A stretch of 64,000 nucleotides of DNA from Stegostoma tigrinum. Taxonomy: Eukaryota. The DNA lies in the NCBI RefSeq assembly GCF_030684315.1, contig NC_081360.1, forward strand, positions 73,087,780-73,151,779, read 5' to 3'. Shown here piece by piece: positions 12,191 through 24,859 of this stretch (position 1 is its first letter; every line of letters begins with the position of its first letter). The notes beneath the pieces are model-generated. The model worked only from the letters and a program-made list of their open reading frames with translations. It had not been told where the DNA came from and did not search any database. A program made the position numbers and the translations under genes.

Positions 12191-12750
12191 GTTGTTGGGC
12201 TGGAGGAGTTTGTGGAGATAGGAACCAAAGAGGGCGTAGAAGCATTTAAGTAAGGATGAGGTCTTGAACATGAAAATGCTGGTGTGTTGAGGTAAATTTA
12301 GGTCAGCAGGAAGAGGGATAAGTGAGTGAAACTTGCTGCGGTTTAAGATTTGAGAATCAAAGTTTTACACAAGCTGATGTTTTATACAAACTGATGTTTA
12401 TGGAGGCTAAGGGATGAGATAAGGGAGAGAGCACAGAAATTGTTAACTCCAGAGGCTGCAAAGATACAAATTTGGGTTTCAGTTGCCGAAAGGCTGAAAT
12501 AGGGATGAAAACACTAATTCAGGCACATACCAATTTCTACGTCAACCAGTTTTACATGTTTTTAAAAGTAGAATTTGTTTGCTTGTAATGTTGTGAATCA
12601 ATCACAGAAACTTTTGCCCTGGCTAAGGTGCGAAGCACAATTTCACTTAACACTAACAAGATTTTTCAAAATTCCATAAATTTATTTTCATTTACAAAGA
12701 AATTTCCAACATAATCATGTGGATTTTAAAATATTTTATAATTTAATTAC

Positions 12751-12850
12751 CTTTCATTATCCAAGTTGCTTCTTTGATAATGAAGTGGCAAATGGTCCAG
12801 GAAGTGACTAACATCATAGCCAATCACTGACACTTCATTATTACTTAGAG
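12751..12850 (-). CDS. LCT: LCT exon 6 (human exon 5 equivalent)
   Basis: Pyrimidine tract plus AG at 12852-12851, GT at 12750-12749; 100 nt, phase 1->2; ALSNNEVSVIGYDVSHFLD resembles human AINKDQVLTIGFDINEFL; phases fit both neighbours. Confidence 0.9.
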
Positions 12851-13239
12851 CTTTCAGTGAGAGAAAAAAAAGTTAAGAATTGAACTTACAACACTTTGAA
12901 CAGAGATATGCAATACTTACTAAGACATAAATAAAACTCTATTTAGGATATTATATAACACTATTTATTAGATTGTTGGTTGTTAACAAAGGGTGAAATT
13001 GCCCCTGCCCAGGGCCACCAGTAAAATGCACCTAAAAGCAAAAAAAGTGTGTACAATCATTTCAATATACACGTAGATCAATATAATATGATTTGCTTTC
13101 TTAAAGCACACGTGTAGACAAATATGTGACTTGGATTGGAATGGAGTAGGTAGTGGTATTGGGGTTTAGGGGTTGTGCAGAGTCACAAAGGAGGCTTGAG
13201 TTGCCATCATGTCCAGGAAGTTGAAGAACCTTCACTTAC

Positions 13240-13354
13240 CTTTTACAACTTCAGTGAACTTAGCTCTGTTATACTCTGTGCTGCCTACGGCTGGCACAGC
13301 ACATTGTGAAAAGTCTAAGCTAAAGATCAAAATCTGTAAATGTTTGTTGATGCT
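13240..13354 (-). CDS. LCT: LCT exon 5 (human exon 4 equivalent)
   Basis: TTTTCAG acceptor (13356-13355), G|GTAAGT donor; 115 nt, phase 0->1; SINKHLQILIFSLDFSQC resembles human TIEPKVKVFIFNLKLPDC. Confidence 0.88.
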
Positions 13355-13645
13355 CTGAAAAGTGAAAAAATAAATTACTATTACTATATTTACTTGCCCA
13401 TTGCTTAGCAAACTGATCCATTGAAATCTGAATTGCAAAATATTTTCCAAGATGTCAATGAAGTTAAAAACATATGTTATTGTGTACAATAGATTCTATG
13501 CTACATACTTGTGTCAAGATAAACTTTTATGACTGTTAAGTCCAACCTTGGTCACAATGTACATAAAAGGCTCTAAACTCGGGAGATTTGAAGTTATATT
13601 ATCTGGGATGCCAATGCCATTAAAACAGGACAGTGATGACAGAAT

Positions 13646-13868
13646 AAAAACCGAAAGAAAAAAACCGAAAGAACTGCGGATGCTGTAAATCAGAAACAAG
13701 AACAAAGTTGCTGGAAAATCTCAACAGGTCTGGCATCATCTGTGAAGGAAAAAACAGAGTTAACGTTTCTGAACTTCAGCAGGCCTGAAATGTTAACTCT
13801 GTTTTATCCCTTCACAAGCACTGCCAGACCTGCTGAGCTTTTCCAGCAACTTTGTTTTTGTTCCACTT
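13646..13868. repeat. Self-inverted family B element
   Basis: Inverted arms about 13695-13769 and 13786-13862; TSD ATGACAGAAT at 13636-13645 and 13869-13878. Other family B copies at about 15119-15350, 24422-24590, 26497-26595, 28991-29090 and 32103-32206. Confidence 0.88.
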
Positions 13869-14040
13869 ATGACAGAATGTCTGTCAGTCAGAGGAGCTGA
13901 ATGTCTTCATGGTGATGATAGCTTTTCGACACAAATTTACACTTAAAAGTTTGAAGAAGTGCTGAATGCATTTATCCACATTTTGGTAGATCCATTATGA
14001 CACCACAAACAAGAGGCAGATATCCTGCGTTATATATTTA

Positions 14041-14357
14041 GGGCGGCACGGTGGCTCAGTGGTTAGCACTGCTGCCTCACAGCACCAGGGACCTGGGTTT
14101 GATTCCAGACTTGGGTCACTGTCTGTGTGGAGCTTGCACATTCTCCCCGTGTCTGTGTGGGTTTCCTCTGCGTGCTCCAGTTTCCTCCCACATTCCAAAG
14201 ATGTGCAGGGTAGGTGGATTGGCCATGTTAAATTGCTCAAAGTGCCCAGGGATGTTTTGGTTAGGCATGGAGAATGGTCTAGCTGGGATGTTCTTCAGTG
14301 GGGCGGTGTGGACTTGTTGGGCTGAATGGCCTGTTTCCACACTGTAGGGATTCTATG
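14041..14357 (+). mobile_element. V-SINE (HE1-like)
   Basis: GGGCGGCACGGTGGCTCAGTGGTTAGCACTGCTGCC head, same core and tail. Confidence 0.9.
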
Positions 14358-16335
14358 TTTATAACCTGTCTCTATGTCACAGTCATGCCAGGCAACTCCT
14401 GGCTCCCAACAACCAGCAATTTTAAATGCCTCAGGTAGGGGAATACAGATACATTTCAATTGAATGCATCATTGCCTTTCTGCAGTCCCTTCTGGAGTAA
14501 TTGATTGCAGTAGGGAAACCGCGAAATTTAAAACTGACAGCCTTCCCAATTCTGTAGAAGTCTTGGACTGATGCTGGTGCCCAGGCAAGGCTGTCTCAGC
14601 TGAAAAAGATTGCTGCACCACAGATGGCATGAGCATCTGTCCAAAATACCCTCTTCTCACTCATCTTGGTAAGTGGGCCGGGGTCAGGATTAGGATCAAG
14701 CTGCAAACAATAGTTGTGCAGAACCAAAACTTCATGACTATTCTGAACATGTGAAATCTCTGGAAATTTAACATTACGGACATTAAAAAAAAAACTACAG
14801 CCTGAAGTGGTCCTCAGGTTTATTCATAAATATTACAAGATTTTACCAGTGGTCACTAATGCATGAAAGAGGCGTTGAGACAGTTTCAACAACTGTCTGC
14901 ACTGTGACTGGCTCAGTTATTGCATCAGGTTCTGAATAAGGCAGTTGTTCAAATACAAAAGCCTTAAAAACTGTCAAAGTAGGTTTAACTACTGAAAGCG
15001 TTGAGTAGTACTGAGTAAAATCAGTTGGGACCTTCACATAAATTTGATTATCTAGTTCCTTGAGATTGAAAGGTTGTGTGAAGAAGACTAAGTTTGACAT
15101 ATACATATGCACACACAACAACAGAAGTAGAAATTCCTGGAGAAACTGAGCAGGTCTGTCGGCATCAGTGGAGAAAAGGTGGAGTTAATGTTTTGAGTCC
15201 ACTGATCCTTCTTCAGAAGTATTCTGATGAGGAATCACTGGACACAAAACATTAACTCCACTTTTTCCCACAAATGCTGCCAGACCTGCTAAGTTTCACT
15301 AGCAATTTCAGCTTTTGTTTCAGATCTCCAGAATCCGAAGTTCTTTATTCTATGTTATTTAGATTAGAATATAGATTGTAGACCTTTACTTTGTTTGGTC
15401 GGTACTTTTTATTTTATATCAGTACATTTAGAATGCTTACAACCAATTTTTATCAATTTCCACTAATAAAGATACATTATTTGTGATGAAAAATACTTTC
15501 CCCCAATTTCTGGAAAATGATCTGAAGGTTTTATAAACCAATAGCTGAATCTTCCCTGTTTTTTTGTTTATGAGACCTAACCTGTTTTCCTGCACCATCA
15601 TCTTGAACCCACCTCATTTACAAGCTATCACACCCCCGTGGTAGCCCTCTCATCACATGCTAGTCCAATTCTTCTGCTTGCTGTAGCCAGAAGGACTGAC
15701 CTCTGCTAGGGTTTCCTGAGATATACTAGAAATACACAAGTGCTGGGGCCACATTTAAAAGGATATTGTACACGCAGTCTAATGTTCAGTTTTGCAAATT
15801 TTTGGCTGTTGTTGTGCTACTCTCCAATTACAACTCACTGTGTATTTGATGTTAAGAATGATTACATAATGTTTGCATTTCTTTGTTTGCAAGAAATCAT
15901 ATATTTTCATGTTAATGACAAAATATGGAATAACAATTTTTGAATTCCATCAGCTAATTGTAATATCTGAAACATCCATGGACTGAAATACTTTTTAGAA
16001 GGGAACAAACATTGACTGGAAATGACTCAGCAAATTACTGATTATACAGGTTAGCCAAGATTAGGAAATCATTGTTGAATAAACCAAATGATCTGAACTG
16101 AGATTGACATTGTATCAGAAGGTACCAAAGCCAGTCCAACAGTCATTCATGAAGGAATCCTGTTTCTGCTGTTTTGACTTAAACCTGTATGATTAGTTTC
16201 ACATACTGGAGATGAAAGACTTCATCAAGCTTGGAAACATTGAACTCAGGCATAGAAATGCACACATTAGCTTGCATTGCATGGAATTGCTTTTGGTACA
16301 ACTAGGGAGATTGTGACTGCAGAACTGGAGATACA

Positions 16336-16383
16336 TCTCTCTGTCACTCTCTCTCTCTCTCTCTCTCCCCCCCCCTCCCCCCC
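16336..16383. repeat. (TC)n microsatellite followed by a C-run
   Basis: Directly visible. Confidence 0.9.
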
Positions 16384-16776
16384 ACAGTCTGCCTCTCAAA
16401 AGATAGAGTACATGGTGACTGCTCAACTTTGAAAGAAACATGCAGACATTGAGAAAGTAGCAAGATCTGCAATATTTGCTACTGTCGAAGATACTAGACA
16501 TTAATTAAGCAACAGTGGTCTAAGTTAAACCATCTTTGTAGCCAAGGTTAGCAGATAATAAAATTGCTCTTTCTTTTACTCAACAAAATCTTGAAATTGT
16601 CTCTTACTGATACAATAAACTTTGAGTAACTACATTTTTATGAGAAAGAGGTACAGCTGCATGCTAAAAAAAAGTGCAATCTTTTTTACAGCCAACCAAG
16701 GCAATTGAAAAGCAATGAGCCAATTAACCCTTGCTCAACCCACCATAACAATATTTTTATTTCAAATGAACGGTAC

Positions 16777-16848
16777 CTTCACTTTTGCCAGTTTTTCTGA
16801 TACGGAATCTCTATTTGCTTTTAAGGTTTCATCCCTTAAGGAGTCAAT
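16777..16848 (-). CDS. LCT: Probable LCT exon 4 (extra exon; second half of human exon 3 equivalent)
   Basis: TTGTTCTTCCAG acceptor, AAG|GTACCG donor; 72 nt, phase 0->0, open; IDSLRDETLKANRDSVSEKLAKVK ends like human NEASLRQKLSKLQ. Confidence 0.65.
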
Positions 16849-17567
16849 CTGGAAGAACAAAGATTTCTGATCTGTTACTGGGCAGAAAATTCTATTACAA
16901 AATTATCAGATGTTAAGGTTTTGTGTTAACCATGTGCAGAAAATCTCCTACCAATTCAGTTTTACACTTTATTTTAACAGACATTCCAAATCTCAAAATT
17001 ATAATTTTAAAGGTAAATTTCAACTGGATTCATTTATTTCCGCTGTGGTTAGAATTGAGTTTGCTTTACATGTAAATAAAGTTCCTGATGCTTGGATTTT
17101 ATAATAGTAGCATATAGATGGGCTACAAAAAAAAAACAATGTCAGACAATTATTCTGGAACAGTGTTGTAATTCAGTATGTGTTAGCGAGAAGGGACATT
17201 CTGGCATGTTAATGGAAAATTAATTTTAAGTGTGATGGTTTATGTCAGGTAGGGTATACATTGAAGATCATTAATTTTTTTTATTCATGATAATCAAGAA
17301 TTGGCTACAGCTTAGAACTCTCAGAAAGTGGAAGCTTTTAGCATAGTTTGGAGGAGACCTGACTGGGGTCTCTCCTATAAAGAAGTATCGGATAGTTCAG
17401 GGAAAGCACAATACTTGAGTGAAAATGTGTGGAAATGAGTGGAACTTCCAAACCAGGAAAGAAACCTGCAGGTTATGAAAACCTGACAATATCAAAGCTG
17501 TTTGCTTTGTGAGTATCCATTTAGGAAGACTTCACAGTTTACAAGAAAGTATTGGTTGGTGAGAATC

Positions 17568-17849
17568 AATGGCTAGCACGAGGGGTCATAGTTTTAAGCT
17601 GGTTGGTGGAAAGTATAGAGGGGATGTCAGAGGCAGGTTCTTTACGCAGAGAGTTGTGAGAGCATGGAATGCGTTGCCAGCAGCAGTTGTGGAAGCAAGG
17701 TCATTGGGGTCATTTAAGAGACTGCTGGACATGCATATGGTCACAGAAATTTGAGGGTGCATCCATGAGGATCAATGGTCGGCACAACATTGTGGGCTGA
17801 AGGGCCTGTTCTGTGCTGTACTGTTCTATGTTCTATGTTCTATGTTCTA
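17568..17849 (+). mobile_element. 3' fragment of the same CR1 subfamily
   Basis: Identical by eye to 11909-12190, including the (TTCTATG)n tail. Confidence 0.95.
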
Positions 17850-18656
17850 ATTACATTGAACCTAAAGATTGTTGCAGAGTGGTAAGTTCTTTGGATTTGT
17901 GTATCTCAGTTCTAATGGGTTTGTTGCAAAACAGGAAGGGATTTTGTTTGGATATGCATTTTAAAGACTTTTCACATTGTTTCACATATGTTGATTATTT
18001 TAGTTTTCACATTTTGCGTAGTAAACTTCTGTTCTGTTGTTAACAAATCTCTTCAGCCTTGTGTGACCATGTTTCAGTGGTTGACGCCATGTTAACTTAA
18101 ATAAGAAAAACACATGTGATCCATCAAGCCAGGTTTTTTCTGGAATCTGATTTGTCCGCTAGTACCATCAGCTGGGATCATTGTATTGTATGAATCTTGC
18201 CTGACGTTGAGCCCATTGTCAGAGTACAGAGAGAGTGTTTGACTGGTTAACTGCATTTGGAAGAATGGAAAATCTAACGAGCCGATGCCATGCACAAAAT
18301 CTCACAGTCACTAGTTAGGTTAGTGGAGAAACACTGATGACTGTTAATGCCAATGATATGAAGCACCCTATATATTTGACCAGAGGTGGAAGCCTAACAT
18401 TTTGAGAAATAAATGTTGAATTAATTGTTTCCAACTGAAATATTCCCTATATTCTAAGTTTATATAACATTTACCATTTAAGGTATTTTCTTCATGATAT
18501 CTAAAATGAATTTAAATTCATCTTTATGTCTTGGTGAATATCCAAGTATTTGTGAAAAGAAATATATCTTTGTTACCTTAGAAGGTATTTTATCTATAAA
18601 TAAATATTCAAGTATCATTATTTACTTTTTTTTCTGTATGACGCCTTACATCTTAC

Positions 18657-18713
18657 CTTATGATTTGATAAGCAATCATCTGATACAGCAACAGCAATCA
18701 AATCCATCATTCC
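18657..18713 (-). CDS. LCT: LCT exon 3 (first half of human exon 3 equivalent)
   Basis: TTTGTTTCCATTTACAG acceptor, AAG|GTAAGA donor; 57 nt, phase 0->0; GMMDLIAVAVSDDCLSNHK resembles human DTVDFLSLDLSYEC. Confidence 0.78.
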
Positions 18714-20276
18714 CTGTAAATGGAAACAAAGTAAGTTACTATCCAATTTCTAAATATACTTAATTCTTCCTGAAGCTCCCATCTACACTTTTATAACTCC
18801 TTCCAAAAGACTTATGATGCAATAATCATTGTCAAGCCCAGATGAAGCAAACATTATTTGATTGAAAAATCATAATTTTTTAAAGAGTTTACACCTTCCA
18901 CATTTCACTTGAAATAGAGTGCATGGAGTGGATGTTATGAGAATTAGAGAGTCACAATGACACACAACTGGGAGTTTCCCATGGAAGATGTGAATTTGGA
19001 GTTCAGGCTGTGTCAGAGTCACTGTCTCACCTCTAACTCCATGTTGCCAAAATTTTGAGATCCCCACAGCCTAAAAGACATGTCTGCCATCCAATTATGA
19101 AGATCTGAGATGGAAAAAAGGGTTGATTGCTAAACGGGCAGATGAAAAATCTCATCTTTGCACCTATTCACTCCAAGTTAAAGCAGACAGGATAGGAGAC
19201 CCACCTCCTGGGTCCCCATGGAGAAATGTCCAGGATGTGGACAAAAAGGTGTGACAACCAAGGAGAAATATAGCAAAAAAAAACTATTGTTCCCCAAAGA
19301 TTTTGTTTAATTCCAAAAAGCGTCAAGGCTTTGTGTTCCTTTTTATTGTTTATGAATGTATATGTTGCAATCATAAATTAACCACATTGTGAGCTAAAAT
19401 GATAATCTTAAATGGGTTGTTAGTATAATTCGCAGTATATTCATGATTATTCAATAAGTGATGGCAAATTACAGAGTCACGTTCAAAATTATATGTTACA
19501 TTCTGAGTCTTAAAACATCTACTGGTAGAGTGTGATCAATACTTAGTCTTTTGCAAATTACCAGAGGGACATGCTGTTTGATATGATCAATTTGTTATTG
19601 GAACATACAGCCTGCATATCTGGCAGACTGAGCCATTTGTTCACTATGCAGACTTGATGCCAAAATGAAGCACATTAAATGTACTCTGATCAGAACACTG
19701 CTTATCATGTATCACGCATACATATGAATGGGCACATTTTGTCCCTAACGTGTGCATTCTACCTCAAACTGCCCTTCAGGAGCAAGGTTCTTCAATAATT
19801 TGAGTAACAGCTGAAGCTAGCCTTAAAAAGCTGCCAGAACACAGAAACAATACATCAGATTTTTTATTTTCAAATTGCTGCGAACAAGCATAAGATAGAT
19901 TCTGCCTACCACTTGAATTTTGGTGCTAGTGTGATGTTTTCTGATGCATTTTCCAGAGCAATGTCCTAAACAATCAGCATCAATTAGCCAACCAATCAGC
20001 ACCTTTTCCTTAAGAAATATAAACTACTGCACCCTCTGATGTTGGGCATTCTTGCATCTGTCCTGATGAATACAGGATGAAAATTTTCAATATCATGCCT
20101 CTTTTTTCTCAGCAATATGCATTTTCTGGATTAATTAAAATGTAGTTGTGTTTATGTCACCTTAACTGTAAATGAACTCACAAAGTGCGATCACAAATTG
20201 TGCATATTACCCAACATATCATGAAAATAGCACCTGTCAGTGATCTGCTAATAAAATCAAGATACAAACAATTGTC

Positions 20277-23200
20277 TTAGTTTTCCTGCCAGTTAGGAGT
20301 GAAACTAAAAGATGGGACCTCACAGATAGTAACCTCAGGATTTCTACCAATGCCAGGTGCTAGCCAGAGTAAGAATGGCAGGATAGCTAAGACGAATACA
20401 TGTCTTGAAGAATGATGCAGGAGGGAGCGATTCACATTCCTGGGACTTTGGAACTGGTTCTGGGGGAGGTGGGACCAGCACAAACCAGATGATCTTCACC
20501 TGGCCAACACTGGAACCAATGTCCTACGGGGACTGTTTGCTGGTGCTATTGGTGAGGATTTAAGCTAACATGGCCAGGGGATGGGAAGCAATGCAAGAAG
20601 TCGGAGAGAAGTGGGGACAGAAACAAAGGACAGTAAGGGAAAAAGTGAAAGTAGAAGGCAGAGAAACCAAAGACAGAAATCAAAAAGGGCCACATTTCAC
20701 AATAATTCTAATGGGCAATAAATGTCAAAAAGAAAGCCTGAATACTCTGTGTCTCTATGTGAGGAGCATTTTTAATAAGGTGGATGAATTAACTATGCAA
20801 ATAGTGACAAATGGATATGATGTAATTGGGATCACAGAAACCAGGCTCCAGGGTGACCAAAGATGGGAACTCAATGTCCAGGATTATTTAATTTTCAAGA
20901 AAAGTAAAGGGAGGTAGGGTAGTGTTGGTGGTTAAGAAGGCGACTAACACAATAGTAAGGGAGGACATTAGCTTGGGCATTGTGGAATCAGTATGGGTGA
21001 AGCTGTGGAATTCCAAAGGAAAAAAGACATTAGTAGGAGTTGTGTACAGACCACCAAACAGTAGTCGCTGGGGACTGCATCAGACATGAAATTAGTGATG
21101 CATGCAGTAAGAGTACAGCAGTTATTATGGGTGACTTCAATCTACATATTAACTGGACTAACCAAACTGGTAGCAATGCGATGGAGGATCATTTTTTGGA
21201 GCGTGTGAAGGATGGTTTCCTCAACAATGTGTTGATGAACAATGAAAGACCAAGCCATCCTAGACTAGGTATTGTGTAATGAGAGATGATCAATTAGCAA
21301 CTTTATGATGTGAGATCCTTTGGGAAAGAGTGACCATAACATGGTAGAATTCTTCATTAAGATGGAGAGTGACACAATTAAATCTGAAACCAGTGCCCTG
21401 AACTTAAAGAAAGCTAACTTTTACAGTATGCAGCATGCAATGGCTCGGATAAACTGGCCAAAGATACTTTAAGGGGTTGACAGTGGATAGGCAATGGCAG
21501 ATATTTGAAGAACACATGGATGAACTTCAACCATTGTATATCCCCGTCCGGTATAACAGTAAAATGGGGAAGGTAGCTCAACCATGCTTAACAAGGGAAA
21601 TCAGGAACAGTGTTAAAGCCTAAGAGGACGCATATGAATTGGCTAGAAAAAGCAGCAAACCCAAGGATTGGGAGAAATTTAAAATTTAGCAGAGGAGAAT
21701 AAAGGGTTTATTTCAGAAAGGGAAATAAGAATATGGAAGTAAGCTTGTGGAAAACATATTAACTGACTATAAAAGCTTCTATAGATATGTGAAGAGAAAA
21801 AGTCAGGTGAAGACAAATGTAGGTCCCCTGCAATTAGAATCTGGTGAACTCATAATGAATAATAAAGAGATGGCAGACCAGTTGAACAAATACTTTGGAT
21901 CTGTCTTCACTAAGGAAGACATAAATAATCTTCAGGAAATGCTAGGGAACAGGGGTCAAGCATGGAGGAAGAACTGAAGAAGATCCTTATTAATCAGCAA
22001 ATGGTATAGGGGAAATTGATGGGATTAAAACCTGATAAAGTGCCCAGGACCTGATGCTCTGCATCCCAGAGTACTTAAGGAAGTGGCTCTAAATGTAGCG
22101 GATGCATTGGTGATCATTTTTCAGCATTCTGTAGACTCTGGAAGAGTTCCAGTGAACAGGAGGGTGGCTAAAGTAACTCCACTCTTTTAAAAAGCAGGGA
22201 GAGAGAAAACGAGCAATTATAAGTCGGTTACCTGACATTGGTGGTGGGGAAAAGCTGGAGTTAATCATTAAGAATGTAATAACTGAGCATTTGGAAAGCA
22301 GTGACAGAATTGGTCCAAGTCAGTATGGATTCACTAAATGGAAATTATGCCTGACAAATCTTCTGGAATTTTTTGAGGATGTGACCAGTAGAGTAGACAG
22401 TGCTCAATCAGTAGATATTAAGTATCTGGATTTTCAAAAGGCCTTTGACATGGTTCCACACAGGAAATTAGAAAGCAAAATTAAAGCTCATGGTATCGGA
22501 GGTAATGTATTGCCGTAAATAGAGAACTGGTTGGCAGACAGGCAGCAGAGAGTTGGAATCAACAGGTCCTTTAAAGAGTCGCAGGCAGGCAGTGATAAGT
22601 GGGGTGCGACAGGGTTTAGTGCTGGGACCTCAGCTGTTCACAATATACACTAATGATTCAGATGAAGGAATTGAATGCCATATCTCCACATTTGCAGATG
22701 ACACTAAGCTGGATGGTAGTGTGTGCTGTGAGGAGGATGCTAAGAGGCTGCAGGGTGACTTGGACACTGGCTGAATGGGCAAACACTTGGCAAATGTAAT
22801 ATAATGTGGATAAATGTGAGGTTAACCACTTTGGTAGCAAAAACAGGAAGGCTGATTATTATCTGAATGGTGGCAGTTTAGGAGAATGTGAGATGCAATG
22901 AGATCTGGATGCCATGGTGGAACAGTTGCTGAAGGTTGGCATGAAGGTGCAGCAGGGAGTGAGGAAAGCTAATGGCATGTTGGCCTTCACAGTGAGAGGA
23001 TTTGAGTATTGTAGTAAGGATGTCTTGCTGCAGTTATACAGGGCTTTGGTGAGGCCTCAGCTTGAGTGTTGCATGCAGTTTTGGTCTCTTATCTGAGGAA
23101 GGACATTCTTACAGTTGAGGGAGTCTAGCAAAGGTTCACCCGATTGATTTCCGTGATGACAGGACTGACATATCAGGAAAGACTCGGTCGATTCGGCTTG

Positions 23201-23606
23201 TACTTGCTGGAATTTAAAAGAATGGGGTGTGGGAGTCTGATAGAAATGTACAAAACCTGATGGCACTGGTCAGGCTAGATGCAAGAAGAATGTTCCCAAT
23301 GTTGGGAAAGTACAGAACAAGGGGTCACAATCTAAGAATAAGGGGTGAGCAATTCAGGACTGAGATGAGAAATAATTTGTTCACTCACAGACTTGTAAAC
23401 TTGTGAATTCTCTCCCACAGGAAGCTGATGAGACCAATTAATTAGATATACTTGAGAGGGAGTTGCGTGTGGCCCTTGTGGCTAAAGGGATCAAGGAGTA
23501 TCGGGAAAGGGCGGGAATGGGATGCTGAGATTTTATGATCATATTGAATGGTGGTGTAGGCTCGAGGCATTGAATGGCCTATTTCTGCTCCCATTTTCTA
23601 TGTTTC
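20277..23606 (+). mobile_element. Decayed CR1-like LINE (ORF1 esterase C-terminus, ORF2, 3' end)
   Basis: ORF1 remnant ...SGFLPMPGAS...DDLHL...GEDLS* (stop 20566-20568); ORF2 pieces GITET, MGDFN, LDFQKAFD, FADDTKL with stops and frameshifts; tail TTCTATGTTTC. Confidence 0.93.
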
Positions 23607-23681
23607 ATTCAGTATTGGCCTTGAAGCAATACCTGCACTATTTAACTAATCCATAGTGTAATTTCAAGTCGCCTATTGATA

Positions 23682-23765
23682 GGAAGGGTCTCGGCTCGAA
23701 ATCTTCCTGCTCCTCTGATGCTGCTTGGCCTGCTGTGTTCCTCCAGCTCTACACCTTGTTATCTA
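23682..23765 (+). repeat. Family A short element
   Basis: CTGATGCTGCTTGGCCTGCTGTGTTC core; direct repeat CTATTGATAGGAAGG at 23673-23687 and 23763-23777; further single copies at about 28700-28783 and 30277-30364. Confidence 0.85.
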
Positions 23766-23859
23766 TTGATAGGAAGGCATTGGCAAATGTTTTGTAACAC
23801 GGTCACTTTTGGATAGATGCATTTTCAAAAGGAACAAGCATTCAAGTTTGATATTTCAC

Positions 23860-23945
23860 CTCATTGATAAGTTGCCGAAATGGCTGGAACATATCATCTG
23901 TAGAAAAGACGCCGTTAATGTTCAAAACAATAGACAATGTTCCTT
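23860..23945 (-). CDS. LCT: LCT exon 2
   Basis: TTTTTATTTGCAG acceptor, GAG|GTGAAA donor; 86 nt, phase 1->0, matching the exon 1 phase; EGTLSIVLNING resembles human GGKLSVVLRAE. Confidence 0.85.
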
Positions 23946-24859
23946 CTGCAAATAAAAATAACAATGAATCTAGATTCAATTCTGTGAAAGATTTTACATT
24001 TGTTGCCACTTTACCATTGACAATTTCCAAAAGATAGCACAAAATTGCTGTTAATACTGATTGCTAACCACTTGCATTTATACAGCTCCTTTTCTGTAAT
24101 AAAATCTCCCAAGAAGCACATTAGAAAGTACACTTTGAATCAATTGTAAAATTAAACCGTTAGTCATACCTGAATCAAGGAAGGCATGAGGAATTTTATT
24201 TTGTTGAACTTTAATAAACTGTCATACATCAGGATTCTTGACCTTAGACTTTGACAAAAAAGAGTGTGATTATTATTGCCTTGTATTTACATGACCATAA
24301 TCATGTAGAGGATTAAGTATTGCACAGCAATATTACTTCACAAAATAAGATAAATATGGATAAGGACATCATTTGACCAGTTCTATCTCTCCCATCTTGA
24401 AGAACTACAATTTCTTGAATAAAAATAGAAAATGCAAAGAAAAAACACTGAGCAGGTAAGGCAACATCTGGGGAGTGAGAAAAGGTTTCTCAACCAAACT
24501 AAAGTGTTAACTCTGTTTCTCCATCTGTTGAGCTTTTGCAGCATTTCCTGTTTTTATTTCAGATTTCCAGCAGACGCAGCATTCAGATTTTTTTGATTAT
24601 GAACTGTTGTTGCTTCTACTCTTTATACCTTGCATAATTCCAGGGTTTTCAGGTAATTCCATGTATTAGTCATTTTTACTGAAGAGCTTCTTGATATTAT
24701 AATATTTTGCTTTGGTCAAATGGTAATAATTCTGCCTGTGTCAAAGTTTTGAAGCATCCGATCCCAATCCACAAGCAAAATTCTGACAGCTGTTTGGGAT
24801 GGACTGGGAGGAGGGAAGACTGACATGTCAGCATTTGAAAACTACTGGCCTATAGTTTT

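Noticed and set aside
16849-16877. Upstream acceptors (16877 or 16871) making this segment LCT exon 2
   Set aside because: In frame with exon 1, but a better exon 2 with matching peptide exists at 23860-23945; after exon 3 the 16877 acceptor gives an immediate TAA
24170-24250. Candidate LCT exon with CAG|GTATGA donor
   Set aside because: No similarity to the LPH peptide and not needed for frame continuity
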